This document shows, one piece after another, positions 30,649-54,609 of a stretch of DNA of 64,000 nt. The stretch comes from the human T2T-CHM13v2.0 reference genome, Homo sapiens: NCBI RefSeq assembly GCF_009914755.1, contig NC_060938.1. One strand, 5' to 3'. The notes beneath the pieces are model-generated. The model worked only from the letters and a program-made list of their open reading frames with translations. It was not told the DNA's origin and made no database searches. The translations under genes and the position numbers were made by a program. Each line of letters opens with the position of its first letter. Within the stretch, counting starts at the first letter, position 1.

Positions 30649-33600
30649 CCTGCGATATGTGTAGTGACTTCATACTTCACCCCCCCCCGGATATTACGGC
30701 CAATATCAGAGTGGAGTGTGCACCCCCTGCAATATGGGGAGTGATATCATCCTCTCCCCACTGGATGTTATGGACAATATCACAGGAGGTTTACTTTCTC
30801 TGGGTTATGGGGAAAAATATCCTCCTGTCCCCGCCTGGATGTTAGACATATTTAGAGGGGGGTGTCCACCCCCTGTGATATGGGGAGTAGTAATATCCTC
30901 TCCTGCCCTGGATGTTATGGACAATATATAGGGAGATGTACAATCCCTTCGATATGGGGAGTAATATCATCCTCTTCCCCCTAAACGTTACGAACAGTAT
31001 CACAGGGGGATGTACACCCCCTGCAATATCTGGAGTAGTATCATCCCCTTCTTCCCTAAATGTTACAGAGACTATCACAGGGGTGTGTACACCTTCTGAA
31101 ACATGGGAATAATATTCTCTTCCCCTCTGGATGTTATTATGGACAACATTACAGCCGTGTGCACCCTCTATGATATGCAGAGTAATATCATCCTCTCCCC
31201 CCCGGATGTAAGTGACAATACCACAAACGGGTTTACATCCCCCGTGATATGGGGAGTAATATCATCCTCTTTCCCACTGGATATTAACAATATCACTTGG
31301 GGTGTGCAACCCCTGTGATATTCGGGATAATATCTTCTAATCCACTGAAAGTTATAAACAATATCACCAGTGTACACTCCCTGTGATATTGGAAGTAATA
31401 TCATCCTCTAATCCCCTAAAAATTATGAACAGTATCACAGGGGAGTGTATACTTCCTACTATATTGGGAGTAATATCATCCTGTCGTCTTCTAAATATTA
31501 TGAACAATATTACAGGGGATGTAACACTCCCTGCCATATGTGGAGTAATATCATCCTCTCCTTCCCTAAATATTGTGAACAATATCACAGGAGGTTGTAC
31601 ACAATCTGCGATATTGTTTGTAGTATCCAGTGGGAAAGAGGATGCTATTACTCCCCATATCACAGGGGTTGTACATCCCCACTGTGATATATTCAATAAC
31701 ATCCAGAAGTAATATTACTGACAAAATTGCAGGGGGTGTAAACCCCACCTGTGATAACGTTCCTAATATCCCTGGGAAGAGAGGATGATATTATTCCCAA
31801 TATTGCAGGGGGTGTACACCCACCCTATGATATTGTTATTAATACCCAGGAGGGGAGACAATGGTATTACTCACAGTATCAAAGAGGTTGTACAGCCCCC
31901 CTGTGATAGTTTCTAATATCCAGGGGGTGTATACCACCCTTGTGATATTGTTTCTAATATGTAGGGGGAAGGACAATGATATTACTGTCCGTATCACAGG
32001 GGGTGTACAACAAGCCGCCCGGGATATCATTCCTAATATCCATGGGAAGAAAGAATATTATAATATCACAGAAGTTGTACACCCCCTCTGTGATATTGTT
32101 CCTAATATCAAAGACAGAAGGGTATGATGTTCTTCCCAAAATCACAGGAAGTGTATACACACCCTGTGCTATTTTTCCTAATATCGAGAGTGAGAGACAA
32201 TGATACTTCCAATATCGTAAGGAGTGTACACTCTCCCCATGATACCAGGTGGGGAAATGTTGATATTACTCCAAATGTCACAGTGGGTGTACACACGTTT
32301 TGCGATATTGTTCCTAATAGCAAGTGGGGAGGAGGATTGTATTACTCCCACCATATTACTCCCCACACCCCATTATACTGTTCTTAATATCCAGATTTGG
32401 AGAGGATGATATTACTCCCAAAATCTCAGGAGGTGTAGACCCCTTCTGTGATACTGTTTCTTATATCCAGGGGAAGACTAGATGATAGTACTCCCAACAG
32501 TGCAGGGTGTTACACGCCACCCCCCATGATATTGTCTCTAATATCAAGTTGGGGAGAGGATGATATTGCTCCAAAGGTGCACACCAGCACTGTGATATTA
32601 TTCCTAGTATCCAGAGAAGGAGAGAATGGTATTATTTTTAATATCACAGAGGGTGCACACCCCCCTTGTGATACTGCTCCTAACATCCAAGGGGTAGAGG
32701 ATGAAATTACTCCCAATATCACAGTGGGTATAAACCCCCCGTGGTATTGTTCCTAATATCCAGGGGTATAGGATGATAGTACTATAAATATCGCAAGGGG
32801 TGTACACCCTTCTGATATTGTTACTAATATCCGTGGGGGGAGTCGATGATATTACTTCCAATATCACAGGGCATGTACACCCCCCTTGTGATATTGTTCC
32901 TAATATCCTGGGAGGAGACTACGATATTACTGGCAATATCGCAGGGTGTGTGCATTCCCGTGATATTGTTCCTAATGTCCAGCAATGGAGAAAATATGGT
33001 GGGGGTGTACACTTCCCATGCGATATCATTCCTAATATCCATGGGGGAAAAGGATGATATTACTCTAAATGTCGCAGGAGGTGTAAACCGCCCCTGTGAT
33101 ATTGTTCTCAATATCCATGGGGGGAGAGAATGATATTACTCCCAATATCACAGGTGGTGTACACCCCTCCTGTTATATTATTCCTAATATCCAGGTTGGG
33201 AGAGAATAATATTACAGGTAAAATAGCAGGGGGTGTACACTCCACCTGTGATATTGTTCCTAATATCTCGGGGAAGAGTGGACAATATTACTCTCAATAT
33301 CGCAGGATGTGTACACCCCCTTTGTGATATTGTTCCTAATATCCATAGGGGGAGAGGGTGATACCACTCCCAATAGTGCAGAAAAGGTACAGCCCCGCTG
33401 TGATATCATTCCTAATATCCAGAGGGGACAGGATGATATTACTCCCAATATCACAGAGGGCATACACCCCCTCCCCATGATATTGTTCATAATACCCAGG
33501 GGGTAGAGGATGATATTACTCCCAATATCGCAGTGGGTGTACAACCACCCTGTGATATTGTTCCTAATATCCATGTGGAAAGGGTATAAAGTTACTCCCA

Positions 33601-34475
33601 ATATCACAGGGGTTGTACAACCCCCTTGTGATATTGTTCCTTATATTCGGGGGAGAGACAATGATATAGCTGTCCATATTGCAGGTGGTGTACAACCCCC
33701 TGGGAATTTGTTCCTAATATTCAGTGGGGAAGATGATATTAATTAAAATGTCACGGGGGGTATACAACCCCTTTGTGATACTATTCCTAATATCCAGGGA
33801 AAGAAAGAATATTATTCCCAATATTGCAGGGGATGTACACCCCTCTCTGATACTCTTTCTAATATCCCTGGGGGGAGTCTATAATATTACTGGCAATATC
33901 ATAAGGAGTGTATACCCCCCGTTATATTGTTCCTTATGTCCAGCAAGGGAGAAAATATTAATCCCAATATGGAACAGGGTGTAGACACCCATGAGTTATT
34001 GTTCCTAATATCCAGGGAGGGAAAGGATGATATTACTCCCAATGTTGCAGTGGTGTATAACCCCCCGTGATATTGTTCCTAATATCTAGGTGGGGAAAGT
34101 ACAGTATTACTCCCAATATAGCAGGGGTTGTACACCACCTTTGTGATATTGTTCTACATATCCATGGGGAAAGAAAATGATAGTACTCCCCAATATCACA
34201 GGTGGTGTACAACCCCTTGTGATACTGTTTCTAATATCCATGTTGGGGGAGGATATTACTCCCAATATTGCACGTGTTGCACAGACCCCCTTTGATATTG
34301 CTTGTACTATGCAGGGTGTGGGGGGAGAGGATGATATTGGGAGTAATATCACCCTCTCTCCCCGGATATTAAAAGCAACATTCAGGGTGGTCGACACTTC
34401 CTGCAATATTGAGTATAATATCCTCTCCCAACCTGGATATTAGGAACAATATCACAGGGGCATGTACACTCCCTT
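30648..34475. repeat. SATR1/SATR2-type satellite, right block (orientation flips near 31605 and 34340)
   Basis: Same unit of about 73 bp as 25600-27723. Confidence 0.88.
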
Positions 34476-36495
34476 CCTTTCACCATATACAAAAATCAAC
34501 TCAAGATGGATGAAGGACTTATGTAAGACCCAAAACTATATAAACCCTAGAAGAAAACTTAGGAAATATCATTCTGGACATAGGCGCAGGCAAATATTTC
34601 ATGATGAAGATTCCAAAAGCAATTGCAACAAGAAGAATTGACGAGTGGGACCTAATGAAACTAAAGAGCTTCAGCACAGCAAAAGAAACTATCAACAGAG
34701 AACACCCTACAGAACAGAAGAAAATATTTTCAAATTACATATCTGAAAAAGGTCTAATACTTAGCATGTATAAAGAATCAATAAGCAAAAAACAAACCCA
34801 CTACAAATAGGCAAAGAACATGAACCCCCACATTCACCATCCTCAAGTCCATGTGCAACTTCTTTCTGGATGCTGGACAAGGACTTGGGTACCAAGAGGG
34901 CACTGAACGGGTTAACACTTAAGCCGTCTGTGGATTCTTTTTTCAAAAGACAACGTATGTATGGCAAACAACCATATGAAAAAATACTCAACATCACTAA
35001 TCATCAGAAAATCAGAACCATGAGATACCATATCACACCGGTCAGAATGGCTATTATTAAAAAATCAAAACATAACAGACGGTGCCAAGTTTGTGGAAAA
35101 AAGGGAATGCTTATACACTGCTGGTGGTGATATAGAAAGGAGACAGGGAAATACTGGGTAGAAGAGAGTGGTTCCCTGGCAAAGCCCTGCCCACAAGCCT
35201 GGAAACCCATGGCCCTAAATGGGAACAGACATTCCTGCTTTTGCACCCAAAAGTTGTCTTTCAGCTCACCATGCACCCCCTGTCCTGTACCCATATATGC
35301 CCCAGACCCCAGGCTCCAGAAGCAGACAAGCAGATGAGGAGATGAACAGAAGAGGAGAATTGCAGAATGATGTGGCAGAAAGAAGAGAAGGAGCATCTGA
35401 ATGCCAAGACGAGTTTGGCTGGCAGTGGTTGGAGAGATCAGCCTCTGGATGGCAAAGCTCCCGGGGAAGATCATCTTCCCATTCCATCCCCTTTCCAGCT
35501 TCCCATCCATCCCATTGAGTGCCACCTCCACCACTCAATAAAACCCCCACATTCACCATCCTCAAGTCTGTGTGCAACTTAATTCTTTCTGGATGCTGGA
35601 CAAGGAACTGGGTACCAAGAGGGCACTGAACAGGTTAACACTTAAGCCGTCTGTGGATGGCAAAGCTAAAAGAGTGCACTGTAACACATGCCCACTTGGG
35701 CTGTGGGAGTCGCAGGAACCCACCCCTAGACAGTACCATGGCCACTTGCCCTGCCTATTGCACCTGCCTGTCTGCATGCCTCCCTGCCCAGTAAGGGGTT
35801 TGACAGCACACACGGTGGCCAGACAAGCCACACCCCTGTTGCACATCCTGCCAAGGGGAGTCAGGGAAGTCTCCAGTTTCATCAGGAATGTAAATTTGTT
35901 CAGCCATTGTGGAAAGCAGTTTGGAGATTTCTGAAATAACTTAAAACAGAACTACCATTCAACCCAGCAATCCCATTATTGGGTATATACCCAAAGGAAT
36001 ATAAATCATTCTGTCATAGACATATGTACGCAAATTTTCATTATAACACTATTCACAATAGCAAAGACACGGAATCAACTTAGATGCCTGTTAACAGAAG
36101 ACTGGATTAAAAAAATGCAGCGTACATACACCATGGAATACTACACACCTATAAAATAGGATGAAATAATGTCTTTTGCAGCAACATGATTGGAGCTGGA
36201 TACCATTATTCTAAGTGAATTAATGCAGGAACAGAAAACCACACAAACACTGCATGTTCTCACTTATAAGTGGGGGCTAAACATTGAGTCCACATGGACA
36301 CAGAGAAGGGAACAATAGACACAAGGTCTACTGTGGGTGGAGAGTGGGGGGAGAGTGAGGATCAAAAAACTCCCTATTAGATACTACGTTCACTACCTGG
36401 ATGACTACGTAATCTGTACACCAATCCCATTGACACACATTTTACCCATATAATAAACCTGCACATGTACCCGCTGAACCTAAAATAAATGTTGG
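34476..36495 (+). mobile_element. L1 (L1PB/L1MA-like) ORF2 3' part and 3'UTR, interrupted by an LTR
   Basis: caccatatacaaaaatcaactcaagatgg...; 3' end aaacctgcacatgtacccgctgaacctaaaataaa. Confidence 0.9.
35128..35884 (+). mobile_element. Solo LTR, MER50-like (ERV1)
   Basis: TG...CA termini; ggagacagggaaatactgggtagaagag start; AATAAA at about 35537; splits the L1 sequence gctggtgg|ggaatgtaaat. Confidence 0.8.
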
Positions 36496-38341
36496 AAGGA
36501 AATAAAGTTACAACCAACTCTTGTACTATTGTGAGGAAACAATCATATGTGTTGACAAAAAATCAGCTACTAATAGATTTATAATAGTATATATGTAGCA
36601 GAAAAATATCAGATATAACTTATATACCCAAAAGTATGATTTAAAAACAGCATGACAATCTTTATGATGGGATATTGTGCAACTACTAGAAGCACATTTT
36701 CAGAGATTATTTATTAACATATGATAATGACTACATTGAGTGGTTTTTAGAAGCATGAATTGAAACCATGTATAAGCATGACTTTATTGAATTTATATAT
36801 AACATTACACACACGTTTACATAATTATAAAATAAGTATGCTCATGTTCATAATATGTATTTATTTATATTCATATGTAAGGCCAATAGGAAGTAATCTC
36901 TGTATCTGAGTTATTATTTCATAAATAATTTATGCTTGTTCTGTGAAAATAAAAACACTGCTATGGATCTTCCAAGTATCCTGAAAGGATACCGTTTATA
37001 ATTAAACAATAACAATTTTAGAAATAATTATTTTAAATAAGGCTATGATAAATCTGGTTTCATTGCACACTTTAACTTTGGAACATTTCATGAAGCATCC
37101 CTTGATCACGACTCTCATATTCAGGAGTTTTTTGAGATCAAAATGGGACAATCAGTATGAATCTATTTTTTAGACATGCAAATGGATAACTTTAAATAGC
37201 AGTAGCGATATAATCAGAGTGCACAGTTGCTCTGGGACAAAACTTGGAAATGAGCAAATTTTTAGATTCTTAATGTTTTACACACTTTAGCATTCCACAG
37301 CACCATTACATACTCATTTTTCTACTAGAATACCTTGGTAAAAATTCACAGTAGAGATCAGGCTTGTCCTTCATACATTAACTAATCAAGTAGGAAAGTG
37401 CAAATGAGAACATAGTGCCAAACATAGGCACCACATGGAAACAAGCATGGAACTGCCAGGAAGCCATTTTTGTAGCTTTGTAGCCCAATTATATTTTTCC
37501 TAATGTATTGCACACAAAACTTGGGGGAAAAAAAAGAGGCAGAGAGAAAACAGGTTATATCAGCCCTATCTCACAATCCACAAGTTCATCCTGTTAGAGG
37601 AGTAACTATGTAAAACAAATTTTATCTGTTGAATGTCCTATTTAGTTAATCGCAAAACTGTACGAGAACACACTTGTGACTTATTTAGCAGCTTGTTTGT
37701 TCGCTTTCCACTGGCTTCACAAATGTCCTTTGGAAATAGAATGTACATTTGGAACCTTGTACACCTTTTCTTTCTCCAGTACCCTCTTGTCACTTCCATC
37801 ACTAAGGTGACAGAAGCAACTAGGGGCAATGCATTTGTAGCACACCTGGGTCAGAGGTATCCTCCAGGGGAAGGATCAGACCTGCTTGAAAGCATGTCGT
37901 TGGAATTGGGAGGCTTCTAGTAGCTATAACATAAGCACTGATGTTTACTGTTCCCTGCCCTCCACTTTGATCACTCTGGGAAACGTTTTTTTTTCTTAAA
38001 AAATCAATTGTATTGAAACATAATTTACATAAAATAAATACTATTTTAAAGTGCACAGTTTGCTGAGTTTTGCCAGGTGTAACCATCCAGGTGAATGAAA
38101 TTGATTAAACTGATCTTTCAAATAATAAATTAACTTTGCAATCTTGCTAGAAATTTAATTTGTTCACAGTTTATTATCCATTCTATGTACTGCTACATTC
38201 AATTGGTTATTATGTTTTAAGGACTTTTGAGTCTATGTTTATGAGGGATAAACATCAAAGTTGTATAATGCCTTTGTCTCGATTTGGAATCGGCAATACT
38301 GGGTTCATAAAATAAGATAGGAAATGTCCCTTTAAATTTTC

Positions 38342-38643
<302 letters not shown>

Positions 38644-38687
38644 CTTAAATTCTATTTCTTAAAAAGAGTCCGTTCAAGATTGATGTT

Positions 38688-39037
38688 ATAGATACTCCTC
38701 AACTTACAATTGTTTTATGTCTTAATGAACTCATCCTAAATTGAAAATATTGTAAGTCTAAAATGCATTTAATATATTTAACCTACTGAATATCATGACT
38801 TAGCCTCGCCTACCTTAAACTTGCTCAGAACACTTACATTATCCTACAATTGGGCAAAATCATCTACCACAAGGCCCATTTTAAAATATTGAGTATCTCA
38901 TGAAATTTATTGAAAACTATACTGATAGTGAAAAACTGGTCATATTGATGCTCATCATTAACGTACACAGATGAAAGCACCATTATCAAGTAAGAAGAGC
39001 ACAAGTCAAGCCACTGTAAGTTGAGGACTCTCTGTAC
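38688..39037. mobile_element. Tigger4/MER46-type DNA transposon
   Basis: Inverted ends agatactcctcaacttaca and tgtaagttgaggactctctg with flanking TA. Confidence 0.8.
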
Positions 39038-39039
39038 TT

Positions 39040-41030
39040 TCTTAAATGTTTGATAGAATTCACCTGAGAAAGCATGTAGCCTGTAATTATAGAAATCTTT
39101 TTTAATTAAAAAAATTCTTCAATACATAGAGAAGCTATTACTTTTTCTATTTCATTTTGCATTAGTTTTAAGAATTAGTTTTACAAATAATTTCCCATGT
39201 TATTTTAATTGTCAAATGTATTGGCCTAAAGTTTTCATAATTATATTGATGTCTGTAGGTTCTGTAGTTACATCCTCTATTTAATTCCCATTATCTACAT
39301 TATGTAGCTTCTGTAATTTTTTTCGAGATAAATCTTGCTAGCCATTGTTTATTAAAAAATTTTTTTCAAAGAACCAATTTGTGGGTATATTAATTAGCTC
39401 CACCTTTTGTTATTTGCTATGTTGTTGGTTTACATTTTTATCTTTATCATCTTCCTTCCTCTTAATTTGGATATACTTTGCTCATTTTTTAGCCTCTTAA
39501 AAAAGAACCTAAAGGTCATTGATTGAAGCCTTTTATTTTCAATATATTACATCTATAAATGTACCTTTAAGAAACGATTTATCTGCATCCCACATTTTAT
39601 TAAGTTTTTAAAAAATTTTCTTTCAGTTTAAACTATTTTTTTTGTGTGTGAAACTTTTCTTGGCCAATAGGTTTTTCTGAAGTATTTTGTGTAATGTTCA
39701 AATGTTGGGGTGTTATTGTACATATCCTACTGTTGTCCATCTCTGGTTCATGATACAATGCATGTTCTCCATTGCACTTAGATAACATACCTCCATGTCT
39801 CTGGAGAATTCCTCAGTCTTTCTAAAATGCTTTTGATGAATACTGGCAGTTATTTTGTAGAATGTCCCTCCTCAATTTCAGTTAGTCTGATGTTTTCTCA
39901 CGGTTAGGACTAAAGTTATACATTTTGTCTAAGAATACCATAGAATTGATGTTTTGTCCTACTCAGTGCATCATATAAGAAGTTACATGAAGTTCATTTA
40001 TCTTATTATTAGTAATGTTAACTTTGATCACTTGGCTAAGTTGACATCTCCACTTTGAAGTTACTATTCTGTAATTATCTTGTGGGAAGATACTTTCATA
40101 TTATGCAAATATGTTCTTTCCCAACATATACTCACCACTAATCTTAGCATCCCTCCAAGGTTCTTTCTTGCAACAATTATTACTATGATATTTGCAAAGT
40201 GATGATTCTTATATTTTATGTCTCCTACATTTAATGAAATCTTACTGTAATAAAATACTACCCATTCTCAATCTTTGGTTTATTATTTATGTCAATATGG
40301 ATTTTTTTTTGAGTTGGAGTCTTGTTTTGTCATCCAGGCTGGTGTGCAATGGTGCGACTTCTGCTCACTACACTTCCACCTTCCGGGATTCAAGCCATTC
40401 TCCTGCCTCAGCCTCCGGAGTAGCTGGGACTACAGGCATGTGCCACCATGCCCGGCTAATTTTTGTATTTTTAGTAGAGGCAGGGATTCACCACATTGGT
40501 CAGGCTGGTCTCGAACTCCTGGCCTCAAGTGATCTGCCCGCCTCTGCCTCCCAAAGTGCTGGGAATACAGGCATGAGCAACCGCACCCGGCCTGGATTAA
40601 TTGAAAATTTTCTTCTGTAGATTGTAATATATTACTATTGTTATCTATTTTATTGCCCCAATTTTCTCAAATTTGGCTATGGAAGTTTATTCAAAGTGGA
40701 TCTGTTTCCCTTTCACATTTTCCCCATTTTGTGAGCATTTCCTTACTTCCTAACATGACAAAATATTTCAAACTAATCTTGTATTGTCCCTGCCCAATCC
40801 TGATATCAAATATGTCCCCAAGGAGCCTTGGTTCCTTTAATTGGAGAGTGGTGTTCTCATTGTTACTGGGATGATGTTGTTTCTAGGCCCTTTTGTTAGA
40901 GGAGCTAGAAAATATATGTATGTATACTCACACATTTATACACATCTGTACTTATTTATACAATTATCCATCTGTACGTATACTAAAAACAATGATTTCA
41001 TGAAGCTTTTGATCCCAATCCAACACTAGA
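39040..41030 (-). mobile_element. Old L1M fragments with an Alu at about 40302-40594 (minus)
   Basis: T-rich antisense L1-like sequence (tttgatagaattcacc, ttttgtagaatgtccc) plus an Alu body. Confidence 0.65.
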
Positions 41031-41916
41031 TAAAGACTATATAGGCCCATTTATTTGCAAGTCAGCACATAAACATAGAAGAATTATTAACAATATAAGC
41101 TGTAGCTTATGCTAAATGTTGGTAGGAACAGACAATAAGTTATGGAGAACTTCAGAGGACACTAAGGTTGGATGGGATTTTGGAAGTTGTACAGGTCAAT
41201 GCCACTCCATCTATTGGCTGAGTTTCACTAGGTTAATACATGAACAACAACAAAAATAACCTAGATCAGAAGTTAAAGATCATTTTATTGACTATCTGCC
41301 GTGTCTGTGCCATTGCAGTGTACTAGGTGCACTTACGAGTCCTCTACTTACAAACTGCTTTTCACAAAATATGAAACTCCAGGCAAAGGTTCAGACATAC
41401 GACGTTTGTTTTTAAAATCTTTCTACAGCCTTGTATCCTTTTTCCTTTCCTTCCTTTTACCCTTTTTAAAATGTGTTATGAGTTTTATCTTAGACTAACA
41501 TCATCTGAAATGTTGCTATACGCCAGTATTCAGTTGCTGTGTTTGATGAATCATAAAATGGTGTAAAACTTCAATTAGTGTACTTTTTAAATAAAGTATC
41601 TATGAATGCATCCAGCAAAATGTTTATGATTTGAGTATTCACAAAATATTACTTTTCTCTGGATCTAACAATAATGTGAAAACCCAAAATGAATATAAAA
41701 TGTTAGCTAATAATAGATTTCAAAGTATTCTACAAGTACGAAAAATATATGATATTGTTACTTTCATATATGTAAAACACTAATAATTTTTGTCAACATA
41801 AACATCATCTTTACACCTAAACTTGTATTAATTCAATTAAGATTTAATATAGTATCCTAAAGTCATCAAATATTCAAAAATAGGTTGTATTCTGACTTGA
41901 AATATACATAAAATTA

Positions 41917-42288
<372 letters not shown>

Positions 42289-42881
42289 CTAATAATCCTG
42301 AGTTTGGTTTTCTTGGTTTTATTTTTTCATTTAGTTTTGTTCACTTTGACCAGTGGGCTGGTGGTTCTTAGGTGCACCAAGGTTTTCATTTTTCAGTTCA
42401 AGATTTGAAAACCTTAATGTGGTAATTTCTCTAATTTTTTTGACAGTTACGTCCCAGGTTGCAAGTTAAAATAAAATTCCCATTTTACTAAAGTCCTTGG
42501 TTTATTAATGATTTTATAATGACTTAATATATAATTTAATGAGTAATGAGGGGTACTACATTTCAGAAATAAACACTGAAGAACTTATTCATGGAACCAA
42601 ACACCACCTGTTTCTCAAACACCTATTAAAATAAAAATACATATAAATAATTTTTAAAAATAAACACTAAAAATAAAGTGAAAATGAAAAAATATATATC
42701 CAGGTTAAAAAAAAAAAACTACTTCAGTTAAACAATAAATACTTTTTTGGGGGACTCAACTCTACTACAAAATTATTCGTTGTTTATTATAATCAATAAT
42801 ACAGGTAAAATAATAAGTTTTTAAAAATTTAAAAATTGTAAAAAATAAAACGATATTAACAAATATTGGTATACTGGTGAA

Positions 42882-51652
<8,771 letters not shown>

Positions 51653-51791
51653 CACATTTGGTTAGAAGTGTTTGAACATAACTACTATTCCAGAAAAAGA
51701 TCTACTCATTAGAACTACAAATCATAAAATTATAAGTTCTACAAAAAAAAAATCAACCTTATCTACCACCCAGTTCTACCAAATTATATCA

Positions 51792-51995
<204 letters not shown>

Positions 51996-52189
51996 CTAAA
52001 CTCACATCCAGAGCTGTGAGAGTTTCTCACCGGCTGCCAAATTGTTTTTTGGGTCAGAGAAAAAAATAAAACTTGGTAACCTGGTACTCGACTTGCACCA
52101 AACTCTCATCAGGTAGAGAATCTATCCGCTAACTTTCTATCTAGTATTATTTCCATGAAGTTACATCAATATCACTCTCAAAATAAATC

Positions 52190-54605
52190 CAGGTGGAAGA
52201 CTAAATCCAAAGCTAGCAGAAGGAAAGAAATAATAAAGAGCATAATTAGAGCATAAATCAATAAAACAGAAGGTTGGAGAGCAGTAGAATGAAAAAATGT
52301 AGATTCTTTGAAAGATCAAGCCTTTCACTATATTGACTGAGCAAAAGATGGAAGACTAATTATTAAAATGATAAATGAAAGCAGAGCCATTACTACCAAC
52401 TTTACAGAAATACAAAAGGATTACAGGAGTATACTGTGAACAACTGTCTAGCAACAAATTAGGTGCCCTGGATGAAATGGATGAATCGCTAGAAAGACAC
52501 AAACTACCAAAGTGGCTCAAGAAGAAAGAGAAAATCTGAATAGACCTATAACCTAGGAGATTGAATTAGTAATCGAAAGCGATTAACAAAGAAACATTTA
52601 TGACCAAATAGCTGCATTAACTGGTGAGTCAACCTAACATTTAAAGAAGAATTAATACCATTTCTTCTCAAACTCTTCTGACAAAATATATGAAGAAGGA
52701 ATACTTGCTAATTCATTTTTTGATAACAGCATTATCCTTATACCAAAGACAAAGAGAGCACAAAAGAGAGAAATACAGCACTATATCCCTTATGAATATA
52801 TAAGCAAAAATCTCAGCAAAATTCTAGCAATACTAGCAAAATACTAGCAGCAGCAATACTGTATAATCAAAGGATTGTAAACTATCACCCTTTGAGATTT
52901 ATCCCCAAAATGCAAGGGTGGTTCAACATATAAAAAATCAATCAGTGTAATATGCTGTAACAGTAAAATGAATAAGCACGTGATTATTTCAATTGCTGCA
53001 GAGAAAACATTGATGAAATACAACACCCTTCTATAATAAAAATACTCAATAAACTAGGCATAGAAGGGATCTTCTGCAACATGACAATGGGATGTACAAA
53101 AACCCAACAGTTAATATCATGATCAATGATGAAACACTGAAAGCTGTTTTCCTAACATCTAGAAGAAAAGGATGGTGCATTTGCCACTTGTATTCAACGT
53201 AGCACTGGCAGTTCTAGCCAGAGCAATTAGGCAAGACAAAGAAATAAAAGGCATCTAAATTAGAAATAAAAAATAGGTGTAAAATTATATCTACACATGA
53301 TCTTATGGGTATAAAGCTCCAAACAAAACACAAAACCGATTATAACTAATAAAAGAGGCAGGATGCAAACAAACATAGGCAAATGAGCTATATTTCTATA
53401 TAGTTGTAAAGAACTATGAAAACATTTTAAAAATTCCATTTATAATGACATCAAATAATACGTTATTCAGGCATAAATCTAACCATGGTGGTATACATAA
53501 AACATTGCTGCAAAAAACTAAAGAGAGTGGAAATAAGTGGAAAGACATTCTGTGTTCACGGGTTGTAAGACAATATTGTTAAGATGACAATACCATCTAA
53601 AGTAATCTACAGATTCAATGCAATACCATCAAAATCCCAAAGGCATTTTTGCAGAAACAAAGAAACTCATTCTAAAATCATACAAAAATTCAAAGGATCT
53701 GACAGACAAAACAGTCTTGAAAAAGAACATTGGAAAACTCACATTTTTCAGTTTCACAGCCTACTACAAATCTACAGTAATCAAGAGAGTGTGGTACTGG
53801 AATAAGACCAATAGACTTTCAGACCAATACAATAGAACAGATTTGAGATCCTACAAGTTAGTCCTCACATATATGGTCAATGACTGTTCAACAAGGTGGC
53901 CAAGTCTAGTCAAGGGAGGAAAGAACAGTCTCTTCAACAACTGGATGTCAGTGCACAAGAGAGAAGTTAGACCCCTACTTTGCAGTATATACAAAAATTA
54001 ATTCTAAATTAATAAAATACTTAAATGTAAGGACTAAAAATATGTAACTCTTAGAAGAAAACACACGGTAAACCTTTATGACCTTTGAGTTTTAAGTGTA
54101 TTTTGAAATATGACAGAAAAGCACAGATAACAAAAGAAAATACACGAAAATTAGATTTAATCAAAATAAAAAACCCTTTATGTATCAAAGGATACTATCA
54201 AGGAAGTGAAAAGACAACCCATAATATGTGAGAAAATATGTATCTGATAAAATCAAAATGTGTATCTGATAAAAGCTTAATATTCCACAACTCAACAACA
54301 GAATTTCTAAGATCCCAATTAAAAAATAGGCAAAGGACTTGAACAGACATTTCTCCAAAGAAGATACACAAATGTCTAAGAAGGAAAAGAAAAGATGCTA
54401 AACACCATTATTCATTAATAAAATGCAAGGCAAAACCCAAATGAGATGCCACTTTGCATCCACTAGTAAGGCTTTCATAACAACGACACAGAAAATCAAT
54501 GTTGCTAAGGAGGTGGAGAAACTGGAGCCCTCATGAACTGGCTGCTAGGAATAGAAAATGATGCACTTGCTGTGGAAAACAGTTTGGTGGTTCCTCAAAG
54601 AATCA
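52190..54605 (+). mobile_element. Old L1M ORF2 remnant
   Basis: L1 ORF2-like peptides (KVIYRFNAIP, YYKSTVIKRVWYW) in A-rich sense-strand sequence. Confidence 0.88.
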
Positions 54606-54609
54606 CACA

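Noticed and set aside
35004-35934. ORFs of 100-176 aa
   Set aside because: They lie in a solo LTR and L1; no gag, pol or env similarity seen
37633-37920. Non-repeat-looking stretch with short ORFs on both strands
   Set aside because: No similarity recognised; may be unique intron or UTR sequence from a duplicon
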